A DNA stretch of 64,000 nucleotides from Trichoplax sp. H2 (taxonomy: Eukaryota): positions 1 to 64,000 of the forward strand of contig NOWV01000282.1 of assembly GCA_003344405.1 (NCBI GenBank), given 5' to 3'. The position numbers and the translations under genes are program-made. This document shows, piece by piece, positions 11,142-24,300 of this stretch (position 1 is the stretch's first letter; the number at the start of each line of letters is the position of its first letter). The notes below the pieces were generated by a model, which saw only the letters and a list, made by a program, of their open reading frames with translations, did no database searches and was not told the DNA's origin.

Positions 11142-13245
11142 TCCGATTAACACGATTAAACGTTGAAGAACTGAATGAGATGCTATTAAATCTGATATTT
11201 ACTATTTTACGAAGCGAATATCGATATAGAAGCTAGAGTGTTTTTTCAAAATTATCTACTCGGTAAATTTTATGATATCAAAGTAAACTTCCTAAGTACT
11301 CCGGGTATGTAGACTACTAAACCTTAAGGATAGAAATAATATCCATTGATGTTACTATATGCAGCATTACCGTTTCTAAATGCGACTGAATTGCTAATTC
11401 TTTTGCATTTTTACCCACTATATTGCTTATTTGCACATCTTATCTGTAATTTTACTAACTGATACACCTTGAACGACAGTAAAACTAATCATGTAGCGGC
11501 TGTTTCTATTATCATACTGTCCATTTATATTTTCCAATTTTTATGCATTTCTGCTGGCATGTATTAATTAATTAGGAAATGTACAAGCTTAGCAAAAGCG
11601 TAATATCTTATTGCAATGAAGATCAATCTTTTAAACCTTTCCGTGAGATTTTTTATTGTTTTATGCATCGTAGATTCAAAAGTAGCTAATTTTAATCTGA
11701 TGACTGTAAATTTCATTTAATATCTTAATATATTTTTAACTCGACTACTTTATACGGATTATGATGCAGCAATACTTTATAGAGTAGTTTTTGTCAAACA
11801 TTATGCATTATAAAGATTGTAATTTAACCGATATACTCGTACTAAGTATAATATTTGCGCTTTAATAATGATGAATTTGTAGCTGATTTCTTTCATAATA
11901 AGCAGTAGGAATTATATTGCTTCGCCTTAAGGTACAGTGTAAACCCAAACATTTGATTTGAATTCTAATTAAAGGATAAGGGTTAGTCTTAATGTTTTTT
12001 TTAATTATGTGCTATCGCATACAGTAAACAGACGTAATTTTTAGTTTTAATTATCATTACTATTAATTTTATAAAGATAGAAATCGAAGCTAGATTTATC
12101 GTAACATATGTAATTTATAGCTAGTCTAATTTAGAATACTGTAGGAGATCGGTTGATACTCTAACGATCTGCTTGGTGCAACCTACAAAGGTGTTGTAGT
12201 TTAGTTTTTGAATAATTCTGTTAGTAAGTTAGCAAGACCAGAGGTACATGAAGGAAATCATGAGTAATCCTCATTTTTATTTTTCATTATTTGATAGGTT
12301 AAGGCGGTATTTCGGCCCTTCCTTACTTTTTTAAGTGCTTCTTGCAATTTTTCTGTTAAAGCTATAATAAACTGCTGCTTTCTCCTAAACTTAGCTTTAA
12401 TTATAATTTGAAGTGGTCTTTAATTTAATAATTACTTGCTCATTATTACTTTACATTAGTATTCTGTAATAAGTTACTCATACATATACAGTGACATAAA
12501 ATGTGATATAATATACGAGCGTATGTATCTATAGTGCAACGTTTTCAAAAAATATTGTACTATAGCAAATTAAATGTTAATCGCTATTATCACATTGCTA
12601 CAACTTTAATTATAGAAGTACCAGGATCAGCTGATACTGTAACTGAGAGTTTCTAAGAAAAAGTGTAAATTTAACCAGTTGTTATCTAATTTCAAAGATA
12701 AAGCTATGCAAATGAATATAGTTTAAACTACATATGGCCAGCACCAAATTGAAGAACTTAAAAAAATATTATGTTCCAGTAATTAAGGCTTTTTATTGTA
12801 AATTTATGATACAACTTAAGTTCATACTTAAGTAATTTTCTCTAGATTCCATTGCATTTTGACAGCTTTCAATTGATTATATAATATTCAGGATTAGTTT
12901 TTGTAGTCTGAAAGAGTTATTTTGCTAGCTGTTACAATCTGCAGGGCTCGCTATCCGGCCGTTCTGCTAGAAGTACTCCAGTTACGGTTCCTTGCTTGTT
13001 AACACTACTTACTGAAACTCAACCGCCGTTAAATTTAGGAAGATTCTTTATTTTTTCTTTAGATTTGTAAACTGAAATCAATGTACCTTTCCACGAGGCG
13101 ACTGATCCTTAAAAACTATCCAATATTTATTTGATACTACACTTATATAATAATGATCTATATAACTGCTAGCTACAATATCGCAATAAGCACATACGTA
13201 TCCGTACTAATAATAATCATGACAACCAGAATTTCATAAATTGAA

Positions 13246-13340
13246 AGTTTCCTAATCCGAATCGACGATAATAATGATGCCGACATTTTATACAGCGACC
13301 CGTTTGGAAAAACTGATTTAATCAAAAATCTGATAAAGAT
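13246..13340 (+). pseudogene. Short duplicated fragment of the protease-coding part of the 2092-aa ORF
   Basis: Near-identical to 5292-5387 (aatccgaatcgacgataataatgatgccgacattttatacagcgaccc...gatttaatcaaaaa). There is no surrounding ORF. Confidence 0.85.
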
Positions 13341-14335
13341 CACTTCGAACTCTAGTATACAAGACTCTAAGCTACGTTAATCAGAGGCTACTGCAAAAAA
13401 TTAGCCTTCAAAGGTGAGTCTAACGCGTGCATATTACACGTTAAAACATCAATAACTCTTATTATTTTAAGACTATTATAACTGAGCCTCAAAGATCCAC
13501 AGTACATAGGACAAGAATGCATTTATCAGATAAGCTTGTATATTCCATAACGAAGTGGCAAACATGTACTATATAATATTCATTTTAATATTCATTTTGA
13601 TAAATGAGCGAGGAATGAGGATCTGAATAATTCATTTTGTAATCACTAATAGCTGCTATATTCAAATCTTTATCTAATAGACAGTAATATTCAGATATTT
13701 GTAAGCTAGCCTAGTGAAGATTACAATAAGCTTAGCAGTTGTGCAACAATACGATAAAAGCCAAAGTCTCAAAAATCGAGCGATGAGAAGTTTATTCCAA
13801 AACTACGGACAATATTGACTGTATTGATATTCTGCTGCCAAACTTCACTTGTATTATCCATTTTAAATCCTATAACGGTAAGTGCAATTAAAACTTCACA
13901 TATAAAAATCTATATCTGAAGCTATTTTTATTATATAATCGTATATTAAACTTGTTCCTTTTCCCAACTTTTCAAATTGATAGTAGCTATTACGACAAAA
14001 TCAGAAAACGGTAATCGTTGATAAGCTTGGATAAATTACAATCAATATACTGATTTATACTGTATAAGTTGTATTCATGCGTACAGATAGTAAATTTTTC
14101 CTTCTATTTCCTAATAGATGATATGGTATCCTATTGCTAAAATTTTATAAGACTTAAAACAGTTGCTTTAACGCAAGATTATAATTAATCTGTAAAGCAG
14201 TTACTTCATCAACACCTAATAAGAAATTCTACAATCATGCTCTATGTATACGTATATCTTTCGAGAGAGTACTAGATAGATAATCTTCAAGAATAAAGAA
14301 GTAAAAGTTTATCACTAACCCTAAAACCTGCATAG

Positions 14336-14555
14336 AAGCCTTCATCCACTTGCTCATTTATAGAAGTAAATCTTATATATACGCTCTTACTGCATTCGAG
14401 CGAATTGTTTGAAATCTAGTAACAAGAATCGCCAAATAAGGAAGACAGAAGAAGGGATTTTTTACTATAGATAAATTATACTAAACTATTATGCTTTCCT
14501 AGACTGCGATAATTAATCTACCAATACAATAATAGCAATATTCCTTCGTATAACT
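14336..14555 (+). repeat. Dispersed diverged repeat, copy 1 (~220 bp)
   Basis: Shares aagccttcat, gctcttactgcattcgagcgaattgt, aagacagaagaagg and ttcctagactgcgataat in the same order with 16426-16670. Confidence 0.8.
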
Positions 14556-16425
14556 CTAATGCTATCAATTCCATCTTCGATTATCCCATAATATATCTGT
14601 ATAGCCTATATGCTATAGCCGGTCTACAACATATCCATTTTGAAAACATCTAAAGAAACTGGATTGAAGAACGAGGGATAACGCTATTCTAAGATGCTGT
14701 TTCAAGTTTTATTATTTATAGAATGATTAGCAGTTAATGCTGTGTGAATGTCAAAGCTCAAAGTATTAAAAAGAAAGAATTTCTGATAATTTAAACTCAG
14801 GATCAATAGTTACCACTACGACAATTTCGTATACTTTTAATAACATTTTATTTCATGAAAGACTGCAGTTATATAGGAAAAATTACTTATCAAAACAAGT
14901 TATTTATGCTATTATTATTCATAATTTAGAGTTATTGTTATCGATTAATATAATTTTTGCTGTTCACTCTTTAATTAAAGATTATCTTTGTGATTTGAAT
15001 AAGTCTAGAGCCTACACAATGAATTATTCAAGTCTTAGCAACCGACAGAAATTTTGAGACCTTGCAATAATCATTATTCATATCCTAAATATAAAGCTAC
15101 GATTAATCAGATGTTTAATTAGTCATTAGCCAGAATATTGTCAATAAAATTTAGCTAACTTAATAGTAATGCTGGAAAGCATAAGTTAATGGAATAAATC
15201 ACATTGCAATTAGATGTAAACTACCGGTATGTCTTATCATATAAGCCATACATTCAAATTCGGTACTGCAGGATTATTGCTACTTTAAAGTATCGTATAA
15301 TTATATTAAATCAAATTAGATTTGAAGAAAAGGTTTACAAGCGCTACTTCGAAGAAACTTCTTAATATTCTCAAAAGCAACCCTGTTGACACGCTATAAA
15401 AAGTAACAAAAAGGCTTCTACCCACTTAGCTTGTGTAACTCTATAAATTACCCTACATCGCCCGCAGTTGAAATTTACAACTTAGTATCTGCATACAGCG
15501 TCATAGATAGTAAGATACGAACCAAAATTCTTAAACACGGAATAGAATGTGCACTTAGAGACCTATTGAATAAGATCACAATATTCGAATTTGAAAGTAA
15601 TTTTCCGTGTAAACACTAAAATTTAAGAGTTTGAATATCATTTCCGTGTGTAATGTAGTAGTCTAAACTTAAGATCTTCCAATTTTGCCCCAAGAAAATT
15701 ACTCATCAAATTCACGCCAATAGAGTCCTCTATTGGAAATAAAATAAGTGTACATCGAAAACTTGATGATAAATAGCTAATAACTTCCACCAATGCTTCC
15801 AATTCTATATGGTAACAGCTTCACTGCTACTGCGTTAGGTTCGTAACTTATGATGCTAGCACAATTTTGGGTACAGTTTATAAGCTATCAGTCCCAACTC
15901 TCAGTGCTTAGTATACGAGTGAATAGCGTACTTTAGCGTTTCATCATCAGCTATGGCCCATTAACATACTTTACTCTATGTAAACCATTACACACATCAA
16001 TGAAAATATTGACTTAACGTACGGAGATAATTATAACATCGTATCTTAACCCTAGATAACTTAATTTTGTAGACTAATCAATCATCCCTAAGATAAGGGT
16101 TTAGCGATTATAACGTTCCCTTTGTTCAATTTATTAACTAATTAGGTATCTTGAAGAATTTACTTTACCGTAAGTTTATCAAGGTCTCAAGGACATACGC
16201 CTATGACAGTAGCGGTTTACAGTATTAATACCCCTAACTAGACGCTTAGTAATACGTTCTTATGGAACGTAAATCACAAAATGGATGACAAGAAACATAT
16301 AGTGCTAATTACAAATAATATCCGTACTACAACTAGTACCAAAAAATAAACTTAAGTTCTCTCTGATCTATAATTACATAGATTGCAACATTATCAGCAC
16401 TGATCTTAACCTTAAAGTCTATATT

Positions 16426-16670
16426 TAAGCCTTCATTCGCTTGCTTATTTATAAAAATAGCAAACTCAAGTAAGCTCTTACTGCATTCGAGCGAATTGTG
16501 CAAAATGTGCAGTAGGTTACAAGAACCGCCGAGTAAAGAAAGACAGAAGAAGGATGGAATGTGACCGTTTATTATCGATAAATTATAATATACTGTTATG
16601 TTTTCCTAGACTGCGATAATGAATGGGTAATTTTTACTAGTACTAGCAATAATCCTTCATATGACTCTAG
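16426..16670 (+). repeat. Dispersed diverged repeat, copy 2
   Basis: Collinear blocks matching 14336-14555, with small indels. Confidence 0.8.
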
Positions 16671-17643
16671 CTGTGAGAATTAGTGACTTCTATACACGTT
16701 AACCCTACAGTCTGTTCTTTATAAGGAAAGTCTCAAATTAATGCACGAAATACTTCACTCCAATATTAATGGATTGCAATGATTATAATAAATAACACTA
16801 AACTAAGTTTGTAAACAGAAATCGCTATAATTCCGACTGTTTATTTAAAACACTTGAAAACTACGTAGTCACAATAGATCCTTGATACCTTCTTGGCAGT
16901 TTAAGTCAGTTGCCTTAGTTATTCATTTCTCCGCAAGAGGAAGAATGATTACTGTTTTTCGATAACTGGTCATGTAGTTTCTAACCGTTTTACCAGACTA
17001 TTACATAATTATCGTATCGTGACTATTCAATACGCGCAATTCTAATATTATAAGTAAAAAAATTGGTTAATTGCTGCATTCCATCTTTAGAATATCATAT
17101 TAAGGCCAAGACACTGAGTCATCTTATCAATACTATTCTTGATAATTAAATTGCCATCATATCTTTATCTTTCAAAATATTAACCTATTTATGTCATTAG
17201 CGACGGTCATGCGAGCTATAGGCACTTTAAAAAACCTCTGCAGAAAATTAAATACATTCATCTCAGTTAAAAAAATTCGACTTACTACCGTATCTACCCA
17301 AATACAAGAGGAAATAAAATTTTAATGTGTAACGTTTTTCATACAGTAAGAATATAGTTACCTATATTACTATTAAAACATCTAAGGCTTTAGTTTCTAT
17401 TTTCTAGACATTTCTTCAAATGATCCTTACTACCGATCGTACCTCCTGTACGTTATCCCTGGGGATCGTATTTTTCTCAAAAGATACATTCAAATCACAT
17501 CACTTCATGCATTACGTGATTAGACTTTGCATCTTATTTTATTGAATAAAAGAGCCATTAATTACGGAAAATTTCCTGTAGCGCAAATAATTTGAAAAGC
17601 CTTACCCTATTGTTTCAATTTACCAAAATTGGATAAAAGTAAA

Positions 17644-17674
17644 TGCTCTGGGAATTTGCTCAATTCCCAGAGCA
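17644..17674. repeat. Perfect 13-bp inverted repeat with a 5-nt loop
   Basis: tgctctgggaatt-tgctc-aattcccagagca. Confidence 0.85.
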
Positions 17675-20600
17675 GAAAACTTTTTAGAAGCTATTCAGTC
17701 CTAGTAACAAGTAGAACAATTTTAAGCCTTTTATAACAGACCTCATGGAGCTCCATGACCAGATAATATACTCCTACAGTTTTATTTACGGGCACAAAGA
17801 GTCATAAGAGTAAATGATGTTTAGACGTTGAAAATAGACATTAGTAAACTAACAGCTATTGTACTCCTATCATATACGTATTCTATTTGATCCATTCTAA
17901 CCCAGTTGGTGGCATTATCCAATTAATAAGTATAACTGCCAATTAGCATGCTCAACAATTACTTTATTTTGACAATTTCTTTCAACTGAAGTTCCTTCCG
18001 CCACTGTATCGTAGTGATGAATCTCATATTTAATTGCATTAATAGCTACAACGAACATAGTCAGATTTCTAAGATTGAATATGATCGTGATGCTAACATT
18101 AGATGATGCCTAATTACTGTATTAGAAATTGCTGATTACTAATGGATTGTATGGTAAACCATATTAATGATCTATTCGAAGAGAAGTCTTCTATTTAATG
18201 ACTCAAGTCTGATTTTTAGACAACTTGGTTACAGTAAAATGAACTCATATATTTAAGATCTACAGAATTGAGCTTACGGTAGACTAAACTTCACTTCTTT
18301 TATCCTTAGAATACTTTAGATTCCATTCGTGCTCTACTTAATTACTGTATATTATTATTCTGCTATTCTTAACTCTATAATAAAGCCCTTTTTAATTTTA
18401 TCCTCCTGAGATAATTATTTTGTATAAATTAAACTACATTACATTGAACACTTGTGAGAAAATTTTATTGCATATATGCAGACATGATCTCTACAAGTCA
18501 TGATCCGAAGTTTTTTAATATATGTATATATATATAGCTAGCTTCAATTGTTGAGTCTGGCAATAAAAGTAAGCATGTTATGTGTCCCCTTTATATCAAT
18601 CAAGGTAGACTGCCAAATGCCCGCAAAAAGCAAAAGATAGAGTAGTAATTTCTGATTTTTAACTAGGAAAAACCTCTACACTTAGTATGAATTTCCTTAT
18701 TTAAGATATTATGAAGGTACACTATTTCCATAGGTGCTTTAGAATTAATGGCATAGCGAAAGCAAGTATGTGCAATTGTGTATCCTATAGCGAGAACTAC
18801 AATATAAAAAAATATCTTTAGTCCCTGTCTGTACTAAACGTTCGTACGTGCATAATATTAACTTTCTAAAAGGCATCAATATCCACCTATCGACTGCAAA
18901 GTTTTCTTTATACAGTTATAGTAATGAATAGGTTTATAACCCTCTATATACACTAAGTCATCATCTACAATTATTTTATTCAGCATAGCGATTTACTACG
19001 CCTTGTAGTGCCTTTTTATGAGCTGTTAGTTCCTCCTCGACTCCTTTTATGACTATAATTAGCTGAAATCACTTCAACAATATTTAATACGTATATTTTA
19101 TATAAAGATATTCTAAATTGGTGTAGATCGCAAGTAGATTAAAATTCACCATCAGTCTATATTACTGTATAATAATAAAGAAGAATTTAACCTCAACATC
19201 CGTCTTCCGCACAACATGATTACCCCATACTGTGCAGGTGGAATTTTATTAAAAGTAAACAGTTTTATGCCACCCATAGGCATCCATTGAAATTAAATTT
19301 AGGGAGAAATATTTTTTTATAACACTACGATAGACCATATTGACTTTGCTGTGAGGAAAGGGTGTTAACATTAGTCAATTTCTACCATAATTACTAACGC
19401 AATAAATATGTTGCGCGGCTAGTAGCGAATAGTACATAATTAGGTGTTACTGCATAGGACGATTATGTTAGTCAAGTAAATGAACAAAAACAACCTCTAT
19501 TACCTTTATGACAATAATAAGCAAGTCTTAAAATATGAAATAATTTTATCAGTTTATGTGTATGTTAATGCCCAAGAGTCTAACAACGCTAAATCAAGTA
19601 GGAGGTGGTGTACCTCTACTTAATAACAATGAGTCCAACAGAATTGATTCTTTAAACAATGAAAGCTAAACCTGGCGAAAGAAAAAATCCAAGTCCATCT
19701 TATTTTAGATAAATAAATTTAGTTAGATTTAGTAGAAAATATAACGTTTGTATTAGTATCAGTTCATGATAGGGATTAGAAGTCAAATTTCTAGTCAATA
19801 AAAGTACAGATTTTAATGGATGATAAACAATCATTATCTATTTAAGATACCAATCTTGCAGATCCATAGTACGCTTTTACGGGTTATTTACTTAAGATAA
19901 TATGTTAAATCGAAGATGCTTCAGAGTCCTATCTGAATAAAATGCTAACAAGACTACTTCGTTTCCGACAGTATTCCCAAGATAATACTGATATTATTAA
20001 AATAATCAATAAACTCATTACCCTTTCATCATCTGCATATTGTTATTATGATATGAATAAATCTGAAATCTACATAATTGAATCATTTCAATGGTAATGG
20101 CTAGTAGCATCAACTTAAGACTCTTCAAACAGCCATTCATGTCTTAGACTAATAGTTCTGACAAGAGATGTCTATTGCAATTAATTTTTATTGAATCAGT
20201 GATTGGTTGAAATAGCACAAGTGAAATTCAATAAATATAATATAACAGTATTGTTGGTTATTATAAGTTGCTAAAAAATGTTACAGATTTGCTAGCGTAC
20301 GAGCTTGCGTTAGCATAACATTATTTATATTCAGACGGTACTATGGGATTATTGTCACTAGAAAATAATGAGTCCTTTATCAGGTTCATAGAAATCCGGT
20401 TAAGAAAAATTCCAATGCACTTGTCTAGTAATCTTGTTATGATTTCATACAAGGTAACAAAATATAACCTGTAGCTATGCTAATCCGCTATATGGCACCA
20501 CTTCATATAATAGGTTAAAACTTAGAGGTCATAAGCGGTGTCTAAAAATCGTGTAGCAAATATCAATATAAGCAACAAAAATTGTGGAACGTAGAATAGA

Positions 20601-21093
20601 ATATATCACTTAGTGCAGTGCCGGATAAGATCATAATATTTAATGTTGAAAGCGACTTTCTGGCCGAAAATACTGAAATTAAACACTTTGATGATTTTAC
20701 CTAGCAATACTGGTGTGGTAATCCAAACTGAACTCCATTAATACCTCATACTGTGAAAAATATTTACCCACACCCTATTACTGAATTTCTACAATGAAAT
20801 TAATAATTACATTTTTCAAAGTTTTTGATTTATGGAACTGGCATACACGTCATCATCTCTACTTCATTAGAATCTTAATTAGAATCACGTTACCCTACTC
20901 TCATTAAACGCCACAACTCCTACAACTCTGAGACCCATCCAATTCCCATTGCGTATCCTATCCTACATCAACAATACATAAAATTTCCTCATTTAAATAA
21001 GAAAAGTAATTATTATTTACTATATTGTTTTAAATTACAAAAACCTTTATGCCTGCCTGTATTGATTCACAGAAGAGCTACAAATGCAAAGGC

Positions 21094-21158
21094 TATATAA
21101 ACCCCGATCACATTGGGTCAATCTCATTCGTTTGCTTTATTGCTAGTGCTACAGCAAG
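21094..21158 (+). promoter_or_regulatory. TATA box and short non-coding first exon of the prepropeptide gene
   Basis: TATATAAA at 21094-21101; initiator-like tcattc ~30 nt downstream; donor aag|gtaaaa at 21159; acceptor ttacag| at 21388, 8 nt before the ATG. Confidence 0.65.
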
Positions 21159-21396
21159 GTAAAAATAGCTATAGAAGTTTAATCTCTAATTCATCTAATA
21201 ATATTATTTTTGTGCTAATTCTTAATATTATGGTCAATATATTATGACTTACTTTATATATATAACGTGAAGTACAAGTTATTATATTAGTAAATGTTAA
21301 TTACCTTCCATGCTCGATTTCAAAAAGGATATGGTGGTTTAGTTATTATTTATTAACAAGCGAACGAAACTTGCTATCTTAATTACAGAAATAAAC

Positions 21397-24300
21397 ATGA
21401 AGATCAGCATCCTTATACTTGTGACCTTATTTTGCGCCGTTGCTTGGGCTGCAGAACCCTCACGGGAATTTGAAGAACACGCAAAGGAAAATGAAGAAAC
21501 TGAAATAGAACAACCAGAAGACAAGGAAATTGACGAAGAAGATGACGAAACTGATGTAGCTGAAAAAGAAGATGATGAAGAAGAACCCCAAGATTTGGTA
21601 TGTGCACTTTATTCTACTAGTTACTAACGATATTTACCCTCGCCAAGTATCACCATCTTAATCCGTTAACGCATAAATCTATAACAACTGTTACATAATA
21701 ACACGCAAACGTTTTCTCACTGACGTATAAATATTAATGAAACTTTGCTTTACCATATTATCTTATTGTATCAAAGTTCGTCTACCATCATGGCGATTTT
21801 ATGATCACAACGTCTTAGTAACAAAACTACACCTATTTTCGCTAGATAAATTATAGCTATACAAGATTTTGCACTAGCCTCTTGTAGTAAAGGAGCAGTT
21901 AGTGTAATCAAATTTAATCTTTAAACCCATACGATAGCAGTAATTGACAGCTCAAGGCGATATAACAAAAATTAACAAGTAGAAAAATCATCATTTTGTT
22001 CGAAAGTTCATCCTGTTCTACGATATTAATTTATTCTTCTTTCTTTGCTCGATCTATGTTTTGAATATATTATAATGGAAAATTACAGGAAACTTCAGAT
22101 AAAGCTGTAAGCTATATCATTAATGATTATTGCCTACATGTATATTTGATATGATACAGTATTGTATTGATGTCTATTATTTATCTGAGTTAATAACTTC
22201 ATTACTTTTTTGATTGATTTAATGACAATATCGACATCATTTTATCCTTAAAGGCCTACTATAGACGTCGTCGTTCGGTAAGTAAAATATAAATATATCA
22301 ATTTCTTATATAAAGTCTGCCTTTGCATTACTGGTATACGTACAAGCGGATTTGCACTGCTGTAAACGTGTTGATCTTATCACCATACTCATCAGAGTAT
22401 AATTCATTGATTCACAAGTATACTAGATTTACATATTGCTGTTGAAGCTATCTCTTTCTACTTTCTATTTCACTACTTACTTTTCAATAATGAACGCTTA
22501 CAAATAAAAAACATACTAGATTTACGCATTTACTATTAAGCGTAATTTTTGATTATGCATACAGTCAGTCACTTATTTAGCATGTAGTGAATCGCCCATA
22601 TTAATATTAATTTATTATCATGAGCAATTTATATCAATATCGTTTTTTAAATGATTCTGGCTCGATTTTACAATCAGTAAAAAATATCAGAAAAATACTT
22701 GAACGACGTGTAGTGTAATATTATCTACTCTTACTTAACTAACTATAATGCTCTCTAATATACTTCTTATGCTTTTCTTTAATAAATGGAATTATGAACA
22801 AATAGGTAATCCGCCGCCGCCGCGTGGTAAGTTGCATTTCAAATACTACTTGATAGTATACGTGTCTAGGTAAAATCTAATCATTATCTCTTAACATGAC
22901 TGTATCAATATTAAATCTTTCTACTTTTTTTTTCACTAATTACTTTTCAATAATAATAATTTACAAATAAAGTAGGGTAATTGTTGAAACTTGATAAATT
23001 ACGTTTTGGATGCTATATGATGATATATCCAGTGATCTAATCTCGTTCTATTACTCTGTCAATATTAACGCTTTCTACTTTCTATTTTACTACTTATATT
23101 TTTCAATAATAAAAAATAAACGAAACAGTTTCGTCGTCGTTTCTTGGTAAGTTATATTTTGAATCCTATATGATAATATAACTAGTGACCTAATCTAGTT
23201 ATTGTCTCGTAATATTACTGTATCAATATTAAATCTTTCTACTTTTTTTCACTAATTACTTTTCAATAATAACAATTTGCAAATAAAGTAGTGTAATTGT
23301 TGAAACTTGATAAGTTACGTTTTGGATGCTATATGATAGTATATCCAGTGATCTAATCTCGTTCTATTACTATGTTAATGTTAACGCTTTCTACTTTCTA
23401 TTTTACTACTTATATTTTTCAATAATAAACAACTAATAAACGAAACAGTATCGTCGCCGCTTCTTGGTAAGTTATATTTTGAATCCTATATGATAATATA
23501 ACTAGTGACCTAATCTAGTTATTGTCTCGTAATATTACTGTATCAATATTAAATCTTTCTACTTTTTTTTCACTAATTACTTTTCAATAATAATAATTTA
23601 CAAATAAAGTAGTGTAATTGTTGCAACTTGATAAGTTACGTTTTGGATGCTATATGATAGTATATCCAGTGATCTAATCTCGTTCTAATACTCTATCAAT
23701 ATTAACGCTTTCTACTTTCTATTTTACTACTTATATTTTTCAATAAAAAACAACTAATAAACGAAACAGTATCGTCGTCGTTTCTTAGTAAGTTATATTT
23801 TGAATCCTATATGATAATATAACTGGCGACCTAATCTAGTTATGGTCTCGTAATATTACTATATCAGCGCTAATTGTTTTTATATTACTACTTTAATTTT
23901 CAAAAATAAACAACTTATTAATGAAATAGTACCGTCGTCGCTGGGTAAGTTGTATTTTTAAATGCTATATATAAAAATAAATCTAGCGATCTATTTTTAG
24001 TAAATGTTTCGTATTATTACTGCATCAGTATTAATAATTTTTATTCTACTAACATTTTCTAATCATGAAAAACTTATAATCGAAACAGTACCGTCGCCGT
24101 CGCTTTGTAAGTTGCGTTTTAATTTAATATGTATACCGATACTTCATAATATAATTAGTGAACCAAATAAGCTCATGTCCCTTAGTATGACCATATCAAT
24201 AGTAATAATTTTCATTTTGCTATCTACATTTCTCAAAGACAAATCTAACAACTTGCGAATAAATTTAGTACCGTCACCATTACTACAAATTGCATATTTG

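Noticed and set aside
21397..21627. 76-aa single-exon secreted acidic protein from the ORF track
   Set aside because: A donor (ttg|gtatgt) at 21598 and the in-phase downstream microexons explain it better as the first coding exon of a longer gene.
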